IMG/VR virus record: IMGVR_UViG_3300035522_000179
Span: 128,001-192,000 of that record
Strand: one strand, 5' to 3'
Origin: a virus
Taxonomy: Duplodnaviria; Caudoviricetes
DNA: 64,000 bases
This document shows, in pieces, positions 10,101 to 19,447 of the stretch (position 1 is its first letter; every line of letters begins with the position of its first letter). Made by a program: the position numbers and the translations under genes. A model generated the notes under the pieces. It did no database searches. It had not been told where the DNA came from and saw only the letters and a program-made list of their open reading frames with translations.

Positions 10101-12038
10101 GACCCTACACGAACAGGTCATGGTGTAAAACAGTCAAAGCACGTCATCCCTGTAAAGCATTCTTCTCCAGTCTTAATCTCAAATGGTGCAGAAGAATCCG
10201 TTCGATTTGATTTATCGTCTTCCTTTGTGATTAACGCAAAAGAAGATGGAACTGTTGTAGATGAAATCGTAGATAAGAATGGTGAAGTAACGATGCTTAT
10301 TTGTGAGTACAAAGATGGTACTCATCAAGCAATTGATTTGTCTCCGAAGATTGAGAAAAACGGTGGTGGTGGTTTCTACCTTTCAAACCGGATGCAATCC
10401 AATCTTCGTGTGGGAATGAAGTTTAAGAAGAATGATATGCTTGCTTGGCATAAAGATTTCTTCAAAGCGGGTCAGTATACTGGAAACCGAATGAACATGG
10501 GAACTATGGTAAAGATTGGAATTTTGTCTACGTACAATACGTATCAGGACTCCACTGTCATTACGGAAAAGATGTCCCATGAGATGGCAACGGAAATGGC
10601 ATTTAACCGACAAGTTGTAATTGGTAAAAATGCTACCGTGGACTTTATCGCAAACGTTGGAGATCGTGTTCAGATTGGATCTTCTTTGATTCAGTTTGAT
10701 ACTTCTTATGAAGACAACGAACTCAATAAGTTATTAAGTACTCTTTCCGATGAATTAAAAGAAGGAGTTATGGAGAATAGTAGAAACAACATCAAATCAA
10801 AAACCGCTGGGGTGATTGAAGATATCAAGATGTATTCTACCGTAGACTTAGAGGAGCTTAGCCCTTCTCTTAGAGCAATCTTTTCGAAGTATTATAAGAA
10901 AATCAACGAAAAGAAAAAGATGCTTTCGAAATATGACCCAAATGATTCCATTATGAAGTGTGGTGTGCTGTTTACCGAAACTACTGGTAAAGTAACTCCG
11001 AACAAATATGGAATGGTAAAAGGTCAGAAACTAGAAGATGGTGTGTTGATCGAGTTTTATATCAAGCACGAAGAGTATTTGGAGATTGGATCGAAGGTGG
11101 CGTATTTTACTGGTTTGAAAGCTACGATTGGTGAAGTGATTCCCGGAGGATACGAACCTTATTCGGAGTTTCGAAAGGATGAAGAAGTAAGTACTCTAAT
11201 CGCTTCCAACTCCGTATTGAAGCGTATGACCCCTTCCATTCTTCTTACCAGTTTTGGAAACAAATGTATTGTGGAATTGAAGAGATCTCTTAAAACCATC
11301 TTTGACCGAACACCTGATGATATAAAGTGTAAAGAAGAGATGTTATCTCTGATTTGTAGATTTTTCACTGCATTTGACAAGACAAAAACGAACACGAATA
11401 AGTATAAATCGATGTTTGAACCTATGACTCCTCCTGCATTTAGAAAGTGGTTTCGAGGGTTCTTTGAAGATGAAGATGCTTATTTGATTTTGGATATTGT
11501 AGATTACGAAAGAACGATTACCTTTGATGATATTGACCGCGCTGCGAAAGTAATTAACGTTCCTTTGTTTGAATATGTATATCTCCCTCATGTAACTATG
11601 GATAAAACCAGAATCATTCGTACAAGGGAGAAAGTTCCAGTTGGATATATTCACGTAAAGAGAACACAGCAAACGGTTGCAAAAAAGAACGGTATTTCTA
11701 CTTCCAGTAATATCCGTTCTGCGATGACAGGACAGGTAACTGGTGCAGATAAGAACGGACGAGAATCCGATCTGGAAAACTCCATGTTGGTTGCTCTGGA
11801 TATGCAAAACTGCTTAAAAGAGCTCAATGGTCCTCGAGCTGATGACATGGTTGCAAAAAGAGAAATGCTTTCGGATATTGCAAAACAAGGATATGTAAAA
11901 TATAGTGATTTGACTTATGATGTGAATAATAAGACAACACTTAATACGGTAGATACCTATTTCCTTGGAATGGGTATTAAAACAGATCTTGTGACAAAGG
12001 GACTTATGTTAAACTCCACTTTGAAGAAAGATATGTAA
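7137..12038 (+). CDS. RNA polymerase beta-like subunit, unsplit, probably virion RNAP
   Basis: Collinear beta motifs: DIPKFIDNRYMWIGG, TSPDGSVG (ETPEGPNIG), DDPTR..GVKQSKHVIP (DDANR..MQRQAVP), YNTYQDS (YNFEDS), GSKVAYFTGLKATI (GDKMAGRHGNKGVI), VPVGYIHVKR, GRESDLE; ~400-aa N-terminal extension; late promoter. Confidence 0.88.
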   Translation: MIYTNDVPELVLFSKRVFLPKGEPPTRGTLIYHYTESVSDTIAEIENPLNYTPQSAAMYRFYFYTMTYSGKIKNRRFFIKDVKEKKDIYTKIKDETNLKTVPTITLSDFNMNCYFEMSKYLQIYYNMTEKIDCKSKVLIFWDYLTKILEDPTTSNYKTKVLLINADRYDNAFKGKLKEKLRNPLFMIYYTLLKDPSICAKFDHDIFIYYKNRSIRINPAHAEKSKTAARFKTLLLQLLSHVSRDIVASTDETSIQSDEKEEVVKEIITKEYNPHSQTVMNQTMNVEALPSVINKEEEQKEEPKEDTKEKKLAEDIDKSLNKKAEEISADVSSEEEAKRLAEEAIQNDKELLSKLYDQAVADNKPTSSASTARDKKIREEQGKIVVGNMSIDKIRSVQSTHMPIPESDVSNVMKTTNDNMKHKKFSNFEQTYTEKVFPKDMVNAFASLNDKSIPMTIIKYDVKDTSDELNYKDTYTVVLEDVNRQRHTISVDIPKFIDNRYMWIGGSKKMILYQNFLYPVVKSGPDEVQIVTNYNKMFIARKGTKSISSLERLNKFIQAESLSEKYFIPGYAVKLNAEYITTVEYDELSKQFLRFENGNTILYFSQAQAIEAAAKKGITIGDNEIFIGFFKGTPVTIDQNTQRTGNDKSITDIIIESLPEELQIAYEKTKAPKRLLYSVATTMRQPVALGLLLGFWEGLSSVMKNLGIEYTLETKAPSHLKAGQNYLQFADCTLVYSETIAQSLVMNGFRAIETIQYKITEMETKEPYMDYLVKVYGKRSIANALMNVYEFTIDPITKEILEDLNLPTTLVPLCIYANSLLADSQYTPDYNQKLCRIRSSEIVPSILYDAIAKQYIVYKNSNGKKKLSLPKDIVINRLLELPTVEDVSTLNPLLEMERKHTTMYKGWRGINSDHTYTQDKRVYDDSMIGIIGLATSPDGSVGVQKVLTMEPNVVSARGYLKVTNDEKELKDVNLYSPAEMLCPLGPTRDDPTRTGHGVKQSKHVIPVKHSSPVLISNGAEESVRFDLSSSFVINAKEDGTVVDEIVDKNGEVTMLICEYKDGTHQAIDLSPKIEKNGGGGFYLSNRMQSNLRVGMKFKKNDMLAWHKDFFKAGQYTGNRMNMGTMVKIGILSTYNTYQDSTVITEKMSHEMATEMAFNRQVVIGKNATVDFIANVGDRVQIGSSLIQFDTSYEDNELNKLLSTLSDELKEGVMENSRNNIKSKTAGVIEDIKMYSTVDLEELSPSLRAIFSKYYKKINEKKKMLSKYDPNDSIMKCGVLFTETTGKVTPNKYGMVKGQKLEDGVLIEFYIKHEEYLEIGSKVAYFTGLKATIGEVIPGGYEPYSEFRKDEEVSTLIASNSVLKRMTPSILLTSFGNKCIVELKRSLKTIFDRTPDDIKCKEEMLSLICRFFTAFDKTKTNTNKYKSMFEPMTPPAFRKWFRGFFEDEDAYLILDIVDYERTITFDDIDRAAKVINVPLFEYVYLPHVTMDKTRIIRTREKVPVGYIHVKRTQQTVAKKNGISTSSNIRSAMTGQVTGADKNGRESDLENSMLVALDMQNCLKELNGPRADDMVAKREMLSDIAKQGYVKYSDLTYDVNNKTTLNTVDTYFLGMGIKTDLVTKGLMLNSTLKKDM

Positions 12039-12042
12039 AATA

Positions 12043-12080
12043 AAAAGAACTACTTAGGAAAAATCCTAAGTAGTTCTTTT
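12043..12080. terminator. bidirectional terminator
   Basis: AAAAGAACTACTTAGGA / TCCTAAGTAGTTCTTTT. Confidence 0.85.
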
Positions 12081-12084
12081 GTTT

Positions 12085-12552
12085 TTATTTAGACTCTTCA
12101 GTAGTTGCTTCCTTTGTTGTTTCTTCTTCAGAAGCTTCTTTACTCTCTTCAGTAGTTGCTTCCTCTGAAGTCTCCTGATTCTTCATCTCTTCAGCGAAAG
12201 TCTTTCTCTTTTCAGCAAAGTAATCATACTGGTCTTTTCTGAAGATGGTAGGTTTTACGGTCTCCTCTTCTTCATCCGTAATAATCTTATCTTCTTCCAC
12301 ATCGTAGAACTTACCGACAAAGACCCTCTTTTTCTCTGCTACATAAATGTAGTCTTCATGAATTGTATAAACGTTATCACCAATTACAACTCTGGTGTAT
12401 CCTTTATCGTATGTCTGAAGTTCATAGTCAGAACTACAAACGTCAATCCATCTATCTTTGTTTTTCAATACATATCCCCAGGCAATGCATTCTCCTTTTT
12501 TGGATTCTTCCAATGTCAGGGGTAAAAAGTAGTAGTCATAAGGGACATTCAT
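12085..12552 (-). CDS. hypothetical protein with acidic E/T-rich tail
   Basis: 155-aa ORF downstream of nrdD. Confidence 0.7.
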   Translation of the reverse strand: MNVPYDYYFLPLTLEESKKGECIAWGYVLKNKDRWIDVCSSDYELQTYDKGYTRVVIGDNVYTIHEDYIYVAEKKRVFVGKFYDVEEDKIITDEEEETVKPTIFRKDQYDYFAEKRKTFAEEMKNQETSEEATTEESKEASEEETTKEATTEESK

Positions 12553-12584
12553 ACTTTTCTTACCTTTTCACCTTTCTTATATTT

Positions 12585-15500
12585 TTACATGGATTTTCTT
12601 TCCTTAATCTCAGCCATCTTCGCAGCGTTCAATCTTGTCTGACCATGGACTCTGGAATAGGAAAGATATCCATTCATTCTTTCAATGGATACGATATTCT
12701 CGCTTCCACACTTAGGGCAAACATCCGTATCCGTACTTTCATGTCCGCATTCTTCGCAATAGCAGAGTTTGAAGTTTACTCCTTCATAAAGACCCATTTT
12801 CATTGCTCTGCGTACATAAGTACGAATGGCTTCCAAGTTGTAGTTGCAAGTATATTTTACATATTGGATTCTTCCGCCCTGGAACAAATCCCAGTAAGAA
12901 GCTTCCTTATCCTGTTTTTCGATTCCATCCATTTCCTCTGTAACATGACAGTGGAAGGAATTGCTTACATAATCTCGATCCGAAACGTTTTCAATAATTC
13001 CATACTTTTGTCTAAACTGAGTAACCTGAGTTCCACAGTTATGAACCAGAACTCCAGCGTCACCAATTAAGAAGTTATGGGTATCCAGTACTTCCAAATT
13101 GTAAACATCACAAGGATCATCTAAGAACTTCACCGATTTTACATAAGTACATTTTGCTTCACTTGCAAAGTTTACGTAGAAGGTCATCAAAACATCATTC
13201 TCTTGGAGATACTGTGCTTCTACATATCCAATACAATCATTTCCTCTTACGGCAAAAGGATGATCGGAGGTACAAATAAATTTATCTCCATCCGAAGTTT
13301 CTACTTCTACAACTCTTGCTCCTTTTTGTGTTAGGGAGGAAGCTACTACCGTTCTTAACTTAAATCGATTTGCATCATGATCATAGCTATACACCAGATC
13401 CCCTGCTTTTACATCTTTGATACATTTCTTTACACTTCCGTCAGAATCAATTCCACTTACCCACACTTTGGTGTCTCCAGCAAAACACAAACTCTCTGCA
13501 GGAGTTCCATAAATACCGTAAGCAATGTGGTCTTCTTTCTTAAACTCCAAAGCTTTCTTGTTAATGTATTCCATAACCTGTCTCGGAAATTCACCGTCTT
13601 CACGAATGGATTTCTTATTGTAGATTCGGTTTAATTCATTTAACGCAGTAATACCAAAACTTGCAGTTGCCTGATCAAGTAACGGTTTGATCTTATCACT
13701 AGGATTCAAATGACCACCATGAATCCCACCCTGGCAAAATGCCAAAGGATTCGTGGATGCTCTCATCTCACCAAGGTATTCTTTTGTCTTCACATGAACG
13801 TCCCTAGCGAGTTCCAAATATTCATCCAAAACTTCATAGAAGTCTCGGCTTTCCTGTTGTGCTTTCATATAAATCATCGGAAGATTTAAAGAAACCACAC
13901 CCATATTGAATCTTCCTGTAAAGTAAGGACGATCCTCTTCATCTGCCGGTTCAAATCCTCCTCTTTCATAATAAGGAGAAAGGAAGGAACGACAGTTATG
14001 AGAATAGATTCCAGATACATCAAAATGATCAGAATCTGTTGTAACATCGTAACTATAATCAAAATAGTTGTCACGATGTTTGATTTCAATAACCGTACCA
14101 TCCACAAAGGGTTCTGAATTACTGGATGGCTTAGACGATACATAATTCTTCTTATCTTCTATTACAATATAATTCTTCAAATCATCGATCAAATGGGCAT
14201 GTACGGTGTACGTGTCCTTTCCATAGTTTACTTCTGCTTGCATTCCAACCGATTGCATCAAAGCCATAATTTGAAGAATCAATTCCTTACCAGAACTTGA
14301 CAAGGTAATAGAAACAGTGGAATCCAAAGTCCACTTCATAATCACTCCAGCATACTCAATAAGCCCTGCTAAAAACGCAAGTTTGCATTCTCTACTTGAC
14401 CTGAAGATAATACTAGGAATAATCCGCATCTCTACATTCTGAGATGCAAATAATATCATCAATTTAGCAAGAGATGGTCTGCTATCAAATTTATAAATCG
14501 TGGATGATCTTTTATGGGGATAAGGATAATAATCTGTTCCTATCTCCGGTCCAATTTTTGAAAAATTCTTTTCCAATTCATTGAAAAATTTTTCCGTATA
14601 CTCTTTGGGTACATTCTCCGGAACTGCTATAGAATCGGTACGCTCATCTAAAGCAAGCAACAGCGTTCCTAACATCCAAGAAAAATCCGGTGTTATATCA
14701 TAATCGTTTACCCAGGTATGAACGTCATCCGTGATATCATCAGACACTTCGTTGTATTGGGTTGTGATAACGGGTATCACATCTCCAATTGAAATCTGAT
14801 CTGCTCTTGTTCTTCCTTTTCCTTTTACGGGGAAGGGATGATCCGGTGTACAAGTAATAACACGTCCGTTTTCCAAGGTAAGAGTAATCCATGACCTTGT
14901 TTCATTACGAACCATTCGACTCACATTCACGAATCCATTTTTTGAATCATAAATCTGAACGTCCATCAAGTCCATATAAAGATGGGATTCCCCTTCAATT
15001 TGAGGCATTGTACTGAATACTTTACGGATTCGACTCCACATTCTGGAGATGGATTCCACATAAAGATTTCCCTCAAACTTATAAGTTACTATTTCTTTTC
15101 CATCTACACAACCCATAGGAGCAATGATTTCTCCATAGTTGTGATACATCTCTGCAATGGTGGTATTACCATCCAAAGACAAATAATCGGGATACATTGC
15201 TTTGGAACTACACTTTACAGCGAGTTCAAATAAATCTTCCAGAGGTTTTCCTTCTCCGTGAAGATCTTCGGTATAAGTGAAAACAAGTTTCGGGAAAAGG
15301 ACTGCTCTTTTCTTTCCGGGAGCTCCCTGTCCACCCATTCTTGTTTCCAAACATTTTCTTGCTGCTAATACAGCAAATTTATCTGTCGATGCACCGATAG
15401 TAAATGTAGTAAAAGGGTAATCCCCTCTACTACTTGCAACGGTGTTTAATTTTATTTCCAGACCCTGGAATCCCTGTTCCATATCTCTTTCCAAGGTTGC

Positions 15501-16346
15501 CCAGGCTTCTTCCTCAACCTGTTTCTCGATCTCAGAATGTGTCTGTTCTTTTACTTCATCGGAAACCAAATCAAGGACTTTTTCTTTCTTCTCAAGGTAT
15601 TCCTTTTTATATTTTTCATAACTCTTCTTCGCATACTTAGATAAGATCTCATCAATTCTCGGAACTGTAAATCCGCCATACTGCTGACTTGCTGCGGAAA
15701 GAATGATATCACCAATCACATCAAATGCAGTGTCAAGAGTTTTCGGTTCATTGTAAAAAATATTTCCCATTTCAAATCCGTTTTCCAAAACGGACTTTAC
15801 ATCAAACAGACAACAGTTAAAGCCATCTCTTCTAGAGGACATATCATGAACGTAGATATATCCATCTTTACATGCCTGTAAGGTTTTTACATTCATAAAG
15901 AACTTCTGGTAAAGCTCTTTGTTTAACTGACCGTAAATAAGGCATCTCTTGGTACTTGCCAAAGCAGAATCCGAATTGGCATTCTCCTTATCTCCAATAT
16001 ACATAATGGACTGAGATTTCTTATATACGGAATCCAAAATTTCTACAAAGCTCTGTTTGTAGTCTCTATAATCTCTATAAGATTTTGCAACAATGGGAGC
16101 AACGCTATCCAATGCCTTCTCCACAATATTGTGCATCGTGGGAACTGTCACGTACATGATGTCATCCTCTTCTCGTTCCCAATTGGATCGATTTAAAAGT
16201 TCTTCCACTACGAACTCCTGCAGTTTATCTAATTCTTCCTCAGTAAAGGTGTATAAACTTCGATACGCCGACTTCTTTACTGCGGTAATGACCTTTTGAA
16301 TGTCAAAGTCCTGCAGGGTTCCGTCCTTTTTAATCACTCTAACCAT
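12585..16346 (-). CDS. nrdD: anaerobic ribonucleoside-triphosphate reductase with two inteins
   Basis: N-terminal ATP cone (VIKKDG), NCC, PMGC/RS, TPAESL/C, C-terminal CxxC..CPKCG and RMNGY glycyl-radical motif; 731 aa after removing the inteins. Confidence 0.95.
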   Translation of the reverse strand: MVRVIKKDGTLQDFDIQKVITAVKKSAYRSLYTFTEEELDKLQEFVVEELLNRSNWEREEDDIMYVTVPTMHNIVEKALDSVAPIVAKSYRDYRDYKQSFVEILDSVYKKSQSIMYIGDKENANSDSALASTKRCLIYGQLNKELYQKFFMNVKTLQACKDGYIYVHDMSSRRDGFNCCLFDVKSVLENGFEMGNIFYNEPKTLDTAFDVIGDIILSAASQQYGGFTVPRIDEILSKYAKKSYEKYKKEYLEKKEKVLDLVSDEVKEQTHSEIEKQVEEEAWATLERDMEQGFQGLEIKLNTVASSRGDYPFTTFTIGASTDKFAVLAARKCLETRMGGQGAPGKKRAVLFPKLVFTYTEDLHGEGKPLEDLFELAVKCSSKAMYPDYLSLDGNTTIAEMYHNYGEIIAPMGCVDGKEIVTYKFEGNLYVESISRMWSRIRKVFSTMPQIEGESHLYMDLMDVQIYDSKNGFVNVSRMVRNETRSWITLTLENGRVITCTPDHPFPVKGKGRTRADQISIGDVIPVITTQYNEVSDDITDDVHTWVNDYDITPDFSWMLGTLLLALDERTDSIAVPENVPKEYTEKFFNELEKNFSKIGPEIGTDYYPYPHKRSSTIYKFDSRPSLAKLMILFASQNVEMRIIPSIIFRSSRECKLAFLAGLIEYAGVIMKWTLDSTVSITLSSSGKELILQIMALMQSVGMQAEVNYGKDTYTVHAHLIDDLKNYIVIEDKKNYVSSKPSSNSEPFVDGTVIEIKHRDNYFDYSYDVTTDSDHFDVSGIYSHNCRSFLSPYYERGGFEPADEEDRPYFTGRFNMGVVSLNLPMIYMKAQQESRDFYEVLDEYLELARDVHVKTKEYLGEMRASTNPLAFCQGGIHGGHLNPSDKIKPLLDQATASFGITALNELNRIYNKKSIREDGEFPRQVMEYINKKALEFKKEDHIAYGIYGTPAESLCFAGDTKVWVSGIDSDGSVKKCIKDVKAGDLVYSYDHDANRFKLRTVVASSLTQKGARVVEVETSDGDKFICTSDHPFAVRGNDCIGYVEAQYLQENDVLMTFYVNFASEAKCTYVKSVKFLDDPCDVYNLEVLDTHNFLIGDAGVLVHNCGTQVTQFRQKYGIIENVSDRDYVSNSFHCHVTEEMDGIEKQDKEASYWDLFQGGRIQYVKYTCNYNLEAIRTYVRRAMKMGLYEGVNFKLCYCEECGHESTDTDVCPKCGSENIVSIERMNGYLSYSRVHGQTRLNAAKMAEIKERKSM
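13038..13487 (-). mobile_element. mini-intein (150 aa) in NrdD
   Basis: PAESL|CFAGDTKV...block B TSDHPF...VYNLEV..THNFL..VLVHN|C. Confidence 0.93.
13995..15110 (-). mobile_element. intein (372 aa) with degenerate LAGLIDADG domain in NrdD
   Basis: PMG|CVDGKE...TPDHPF...LAFLAGLIEYAG...YDVTT..HFDVSGIYSHN|CRS. Confidence 0.93.
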
Positions 16347-16374
16347 TCAATAAAACCTTCTTTCATTTTGTGAT

Positions 16375-16386
16375 TAACAGATTGTT
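16375..16386 (-). promoter_or_regulatory. putative nvRNAP promoter AACA-ATCTGT-TA
   Basis: Exact motif upstream of nrdD. Confidence 0.65.
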
Positions 16387-16447
16387 TTTTGGTGATATGA
16401 AATCAGAATTTTATAAAAAACTATACCCGAGTGAAAAGTGACCAAAA

Positions 16448-16459
16448 AACATTACTTTA
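16448..16459 (+). promoter_or_regulatory. putative late promoter AACA-TTACTT-TA
   Basis: Exact motif upstream of ATG 16487. Confidence 0.7.
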
Positions 16460-16486
16460 ACCCGATTAGAAAGAAGGTAAAATGAT

Positions 16487-19447
16487 ATGGAAACAAACAA
16501 TAATTCTTCTGGTTCTTATTCAGAAGAAGGTTTATTTCAAGAGTCTTATCTTTTGAATTATTTCTTTAATAAGGTAAAGTTAGCAAGAATTAGTTCGAAC
16601 CCTGAAATAGGTCGTAAGAACATGCTTGCATTGATTAAGATATTAAAAAAGAATTATATAAAACTTGGGAAAACCGACCGAGTAAAAAAGGTTCGTAAAT
16701 CAAAAGATGTTGGATGCTATTTATATCCAGCGGCTAGTTTTACATTTCCCGATAAAATGGAAGTAACGGTGTATATCTGCTTTGATGATAGTTCTTTTAC
16801 ACCAGGAGCAGCAAGTTATAATAAAGAGATTGGATATCACATCATTGTATATCCTGGTTTCTTTACAGATACAGAAGACCAAGCAATCTTTACGTTGTTG
16901 CATGAGTTTGGTCATATTCGTCTTGGGCACTGTAGAGGATACAATGCTCATCGAAATATTTTCGGAAAAGAAGATTATTCGGAGCACCGTGTAAGAACGA
17001 TGGCAAAAGGAGAAGTGATCTATCCTGAAAGTAATGCTGACTTGTATGCGGTATTAAACGGCGCAGATATGTATGCCATCTTAGGAATGTATACCCCAAT
17101 GGATCATGATGATAAATATGATTATCGTTATTCCAATGCAGAAGCGGCTGCAAGATACAAAGACGTATTTAAACGATATGGAAAACTGAGAGGATTTAGA
17201 GAAGGGGTGGAACTCTATCTTGGAGAGGATGAATCTCCTGTTACCGAAACACATATGGATACATTGGTCACCCGTCCGGAAGTTTATTTCAATAAGAAAT
17301 TTAAACTTTATCATTTCTCAAATTCAAAAAAAGATATCGTTGTTCCAATCACAGTAAATGCTGGAAACAAACTTGCAAAGCCAAGATTTTCTTCTTGGTG
17401 GACACCTCAAAAAAGTCAGATTGCTTGGGCGTTAGCAAATCAGCTTTTTGAAAAGTTCCCAGAGTGCAAATGGAAAAATGTTACCTGGGCGGTTTCCGAT
17501 TTTGATCAAGATGGACTAAAATACAAAGCCTTCAAAACCATAATAAGTGAAAGCTTTTTTAAGAAGCATGAAGACTTTATAAAGTCCATCGATATTTATA
17601 TGCATGAAAAAACCTTTAATGGGAAAGATCTTGGTCGAGGAAATGAATACAGTGTCGATGAGTTCACATGTGATTTTGCTGTAAAACCAGATAAAGTAAC
17701 TCGTGTTAGTTGGGACGAAATTATGGATTACATAAAGATCGTTCCGGATGAAGAAATGCCCGAATATATCAAAGTATTCAATGACATAAGACTGCATGAT
17801 AAAAACTGGCAGGATTTAATTCATCAGAAAAAAGAATGGCTTTATTGGGAATTTGATACGTCAAATGAAATCAGACGGAAATATTGCAAAGACCATAACA
17901 TTGAATGGTCAGTAGATGAAGAATACTTCCGATTCACTTACAAAGGAAAAGGGATCTATGAAGCTTTGAAAGAAAAAGTAGATCCTGAAACTTGGAAAAA
18001 ATTTTTAAGATCATCCATGTTTACATGGTTACCAAAGCCAGAGCAATATCCGAAAGGTTGTATATCGTACTTTACAAAAGAAGGAAGAAGACTTTTCACA
18101 AAAAGAGTATTACCAATTTGTGAGAGATATCTGGGAGAGGACATTGAATTCTCTAAGGTAAAGAATCTCACAAATATCGTATATAAAGATAAATATCAAG
18201 TGATTGTAGATACTTCTATAACAGAATCTGCATATGATGATATCTCTAATGAGCTTTTGGATTTCATTGTAGAAGCAACCGGTGATTCTCATTTTATCAT
18301 TGAAGGAATCTATCCGAAAGTATCGGAAGTATTAAAAACTCCAGTTGGAGATAAAGAGTTTAAAAGGGCAGTGGAAAACTTCATTGACAGAAACTCAGAA
18401 AAATTGCATGAACCTTGTCCGATTTCCATGATTGCTTTCACTGATGGTGATAAGAATCGATTCTATGATATTTTCAATGTCACAGAAAAAGAATTAAAAG
18501 AAATTGTATCGAAAGGAGTATCTGCAGTCTCAAGCCAAGCAAACTTCAAATTGGTAAATCAGAATCCCATTTTTAGTTTGTTTTACTGCGTTTTAAGATA
18601 CTATATTTTGAAAAATGATGAGCAAGGAATTAACGCTACCTTGGTAATTCATGCACTAGCATCTTACCCTTCAGTATTTAGTAAATACTTTAAGTATGGT
18701 GCAAATGCAGGAGTGATGCGTTATACAGCCGATCATCTTACAGAGAAGTTTATTTTCAAACAAGAAGGACATGTATTTGGAGCTCTTCGTGCAAGCATTT
18801 ACAGTTCTTATAAATTCTTAAAGCCTTACTTTAAGGATGGATCCGATAAAGAAGTAGTTCGTTATATTCAGCGTATTCGAAATGACCAAAACTCAATGAT
18901 CAAAAAGATTGCGAATGAATATAACAAAAACTACGTTGCTGGAAATACCATGACAACTCAAAACGAAACTTACGGTACGGGATCCTTAATCGATGATGCT
19001 GTAAATGATACCTCGAAAGTAGAGACCATTGGGCAAGCAGTGATCATCAGTATCCTTACCAATGGAATTAATCTGAATCTGTTAAATACTGCAGCCGCGA
19101 TGTCTCAGTTGTCTATTGTAGAACTTCGCTTGTATTTAACTCAGATTCTTACGGATAAACGATCTACAGAATTAGAAGATTTCATCAATGCGGTTTTGTT
19201 TGTTTATCTTTATGATGAAAAGCATCCCGTCAATGAAATCAAATCCAAAACGTTTTTGTCTTTTGGTATTGAATTATTTAGAAGAACCAATTCCAATAAT
19301 AAAAACATTGCTACGATTAAACGATTGCTTGATAAATGGGCGGAAGAAACTGGAATTCATTCTAGGTTCAAAAGAGAAGGTACGAGAATTTCTTATAAAA
19401 AAGGAATTTATTGGTACATTATGTTAACCATTCAAGCTGCAGCATAA
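16487..19447 (+). CDS. multidomain putative virion/internal head polyprotein (zincin metallopeptidase + ART-like domain(s) + helical C-terminal domain)
   Basis: LLHEFGH...ESNADLYA zincin motif; LYHFS...SSWWT...DEFT; domains separated by acidic E-S/E-A/E-T linkers; late promoter. Confidence 0.6.
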   Translation: METNNNSSGSYSEEGLFQESYLLNYFFNKVKLARISSNPEIGRKNMLALIKILKKNYIKLGKTDRVKKVRKSKDVGCYLYPAASFTFPDKMEVTVYICFDDSSFTPGAASYNKEIGYHIIVYPGFFTDTEDQAIFTLLHEFGHIRLGHCRGYNAHRNIFGKEDYSEHRVRTMAKGEVIYPESNADLYAVLNGADMYAILGMYTPMDHDDKYDYRYSNAEAAARYKDVFKRYGKLRGFREGVELYLGEDESPVTETHMDTLVTRPEVYFNKKFKLYHFSNSKKDIVVPITVNAGNKLAKPRFSSWWTPQKSQIAWALANQLFEKFPECKWKNVTWAVSDFDQDGLKYKAFKTIISESFFKKHEDFIKSIDIYMHEKTFNGKDLGRGNEYSVDEFTCDFAVKPDKVTRVSWDEIMDYIKIVPDEEMPEYIKVFNDIRLHDKNWQDLIHQKKEWLYWEFDTSNEIRRKYCKDHNIEWSVDEEYFRFTYKGKGIYEALKEKVDPETWKKFLRSSMFTWLPKPEQYPKGCISYFTKEGRRLFTKRVLPICERYLGEDIEFSKVKNLTNIVYKDKYQVIVDTSITESAYDDISNELLDFIVEATGDSHFIIEGIYPKVSEVLKTPVGDKEFKRAVENFIDRNSEKLHEPCPISMIAFTDGDKNRFYDIFNVTEKELKEIVSKGVSAVSSQANFKLVNQNPIFSLFYCVLRYYILKNDEQGINATLVIHALASYPSVFSKYFKYGANAGVMRYTADHLTEKFIFKQEGHVFGALRASIYSSYKFLKPYFKDGSDKEVVRYIQRIRNDQNSMIKKIANEYNKNYVAGNTMTTQNETYGTGSLIDDAVNDTSKVETIGQAVIISILTNGINLNLLNTAAAMSQLSIVELRLYLTQILTDKRSTELEDFINAVLFVYLYDEKHPVNEIKSKTFLSFGIELFRRTNSNNKNIATIKRLLDKWAEETGIHSRFKREGTRISYKKGIYWYIMLTIQAAA

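Noticed and set aside
12363-13070. 235-aa plus-strand ORF and the many other short antisense ORFs (e.g. 20699-21241, 45502-45948, 46649-47146)
   Set aside because: Shadow ORFs opposite well-supported genes; no RBS or promoter motif; atypical composition
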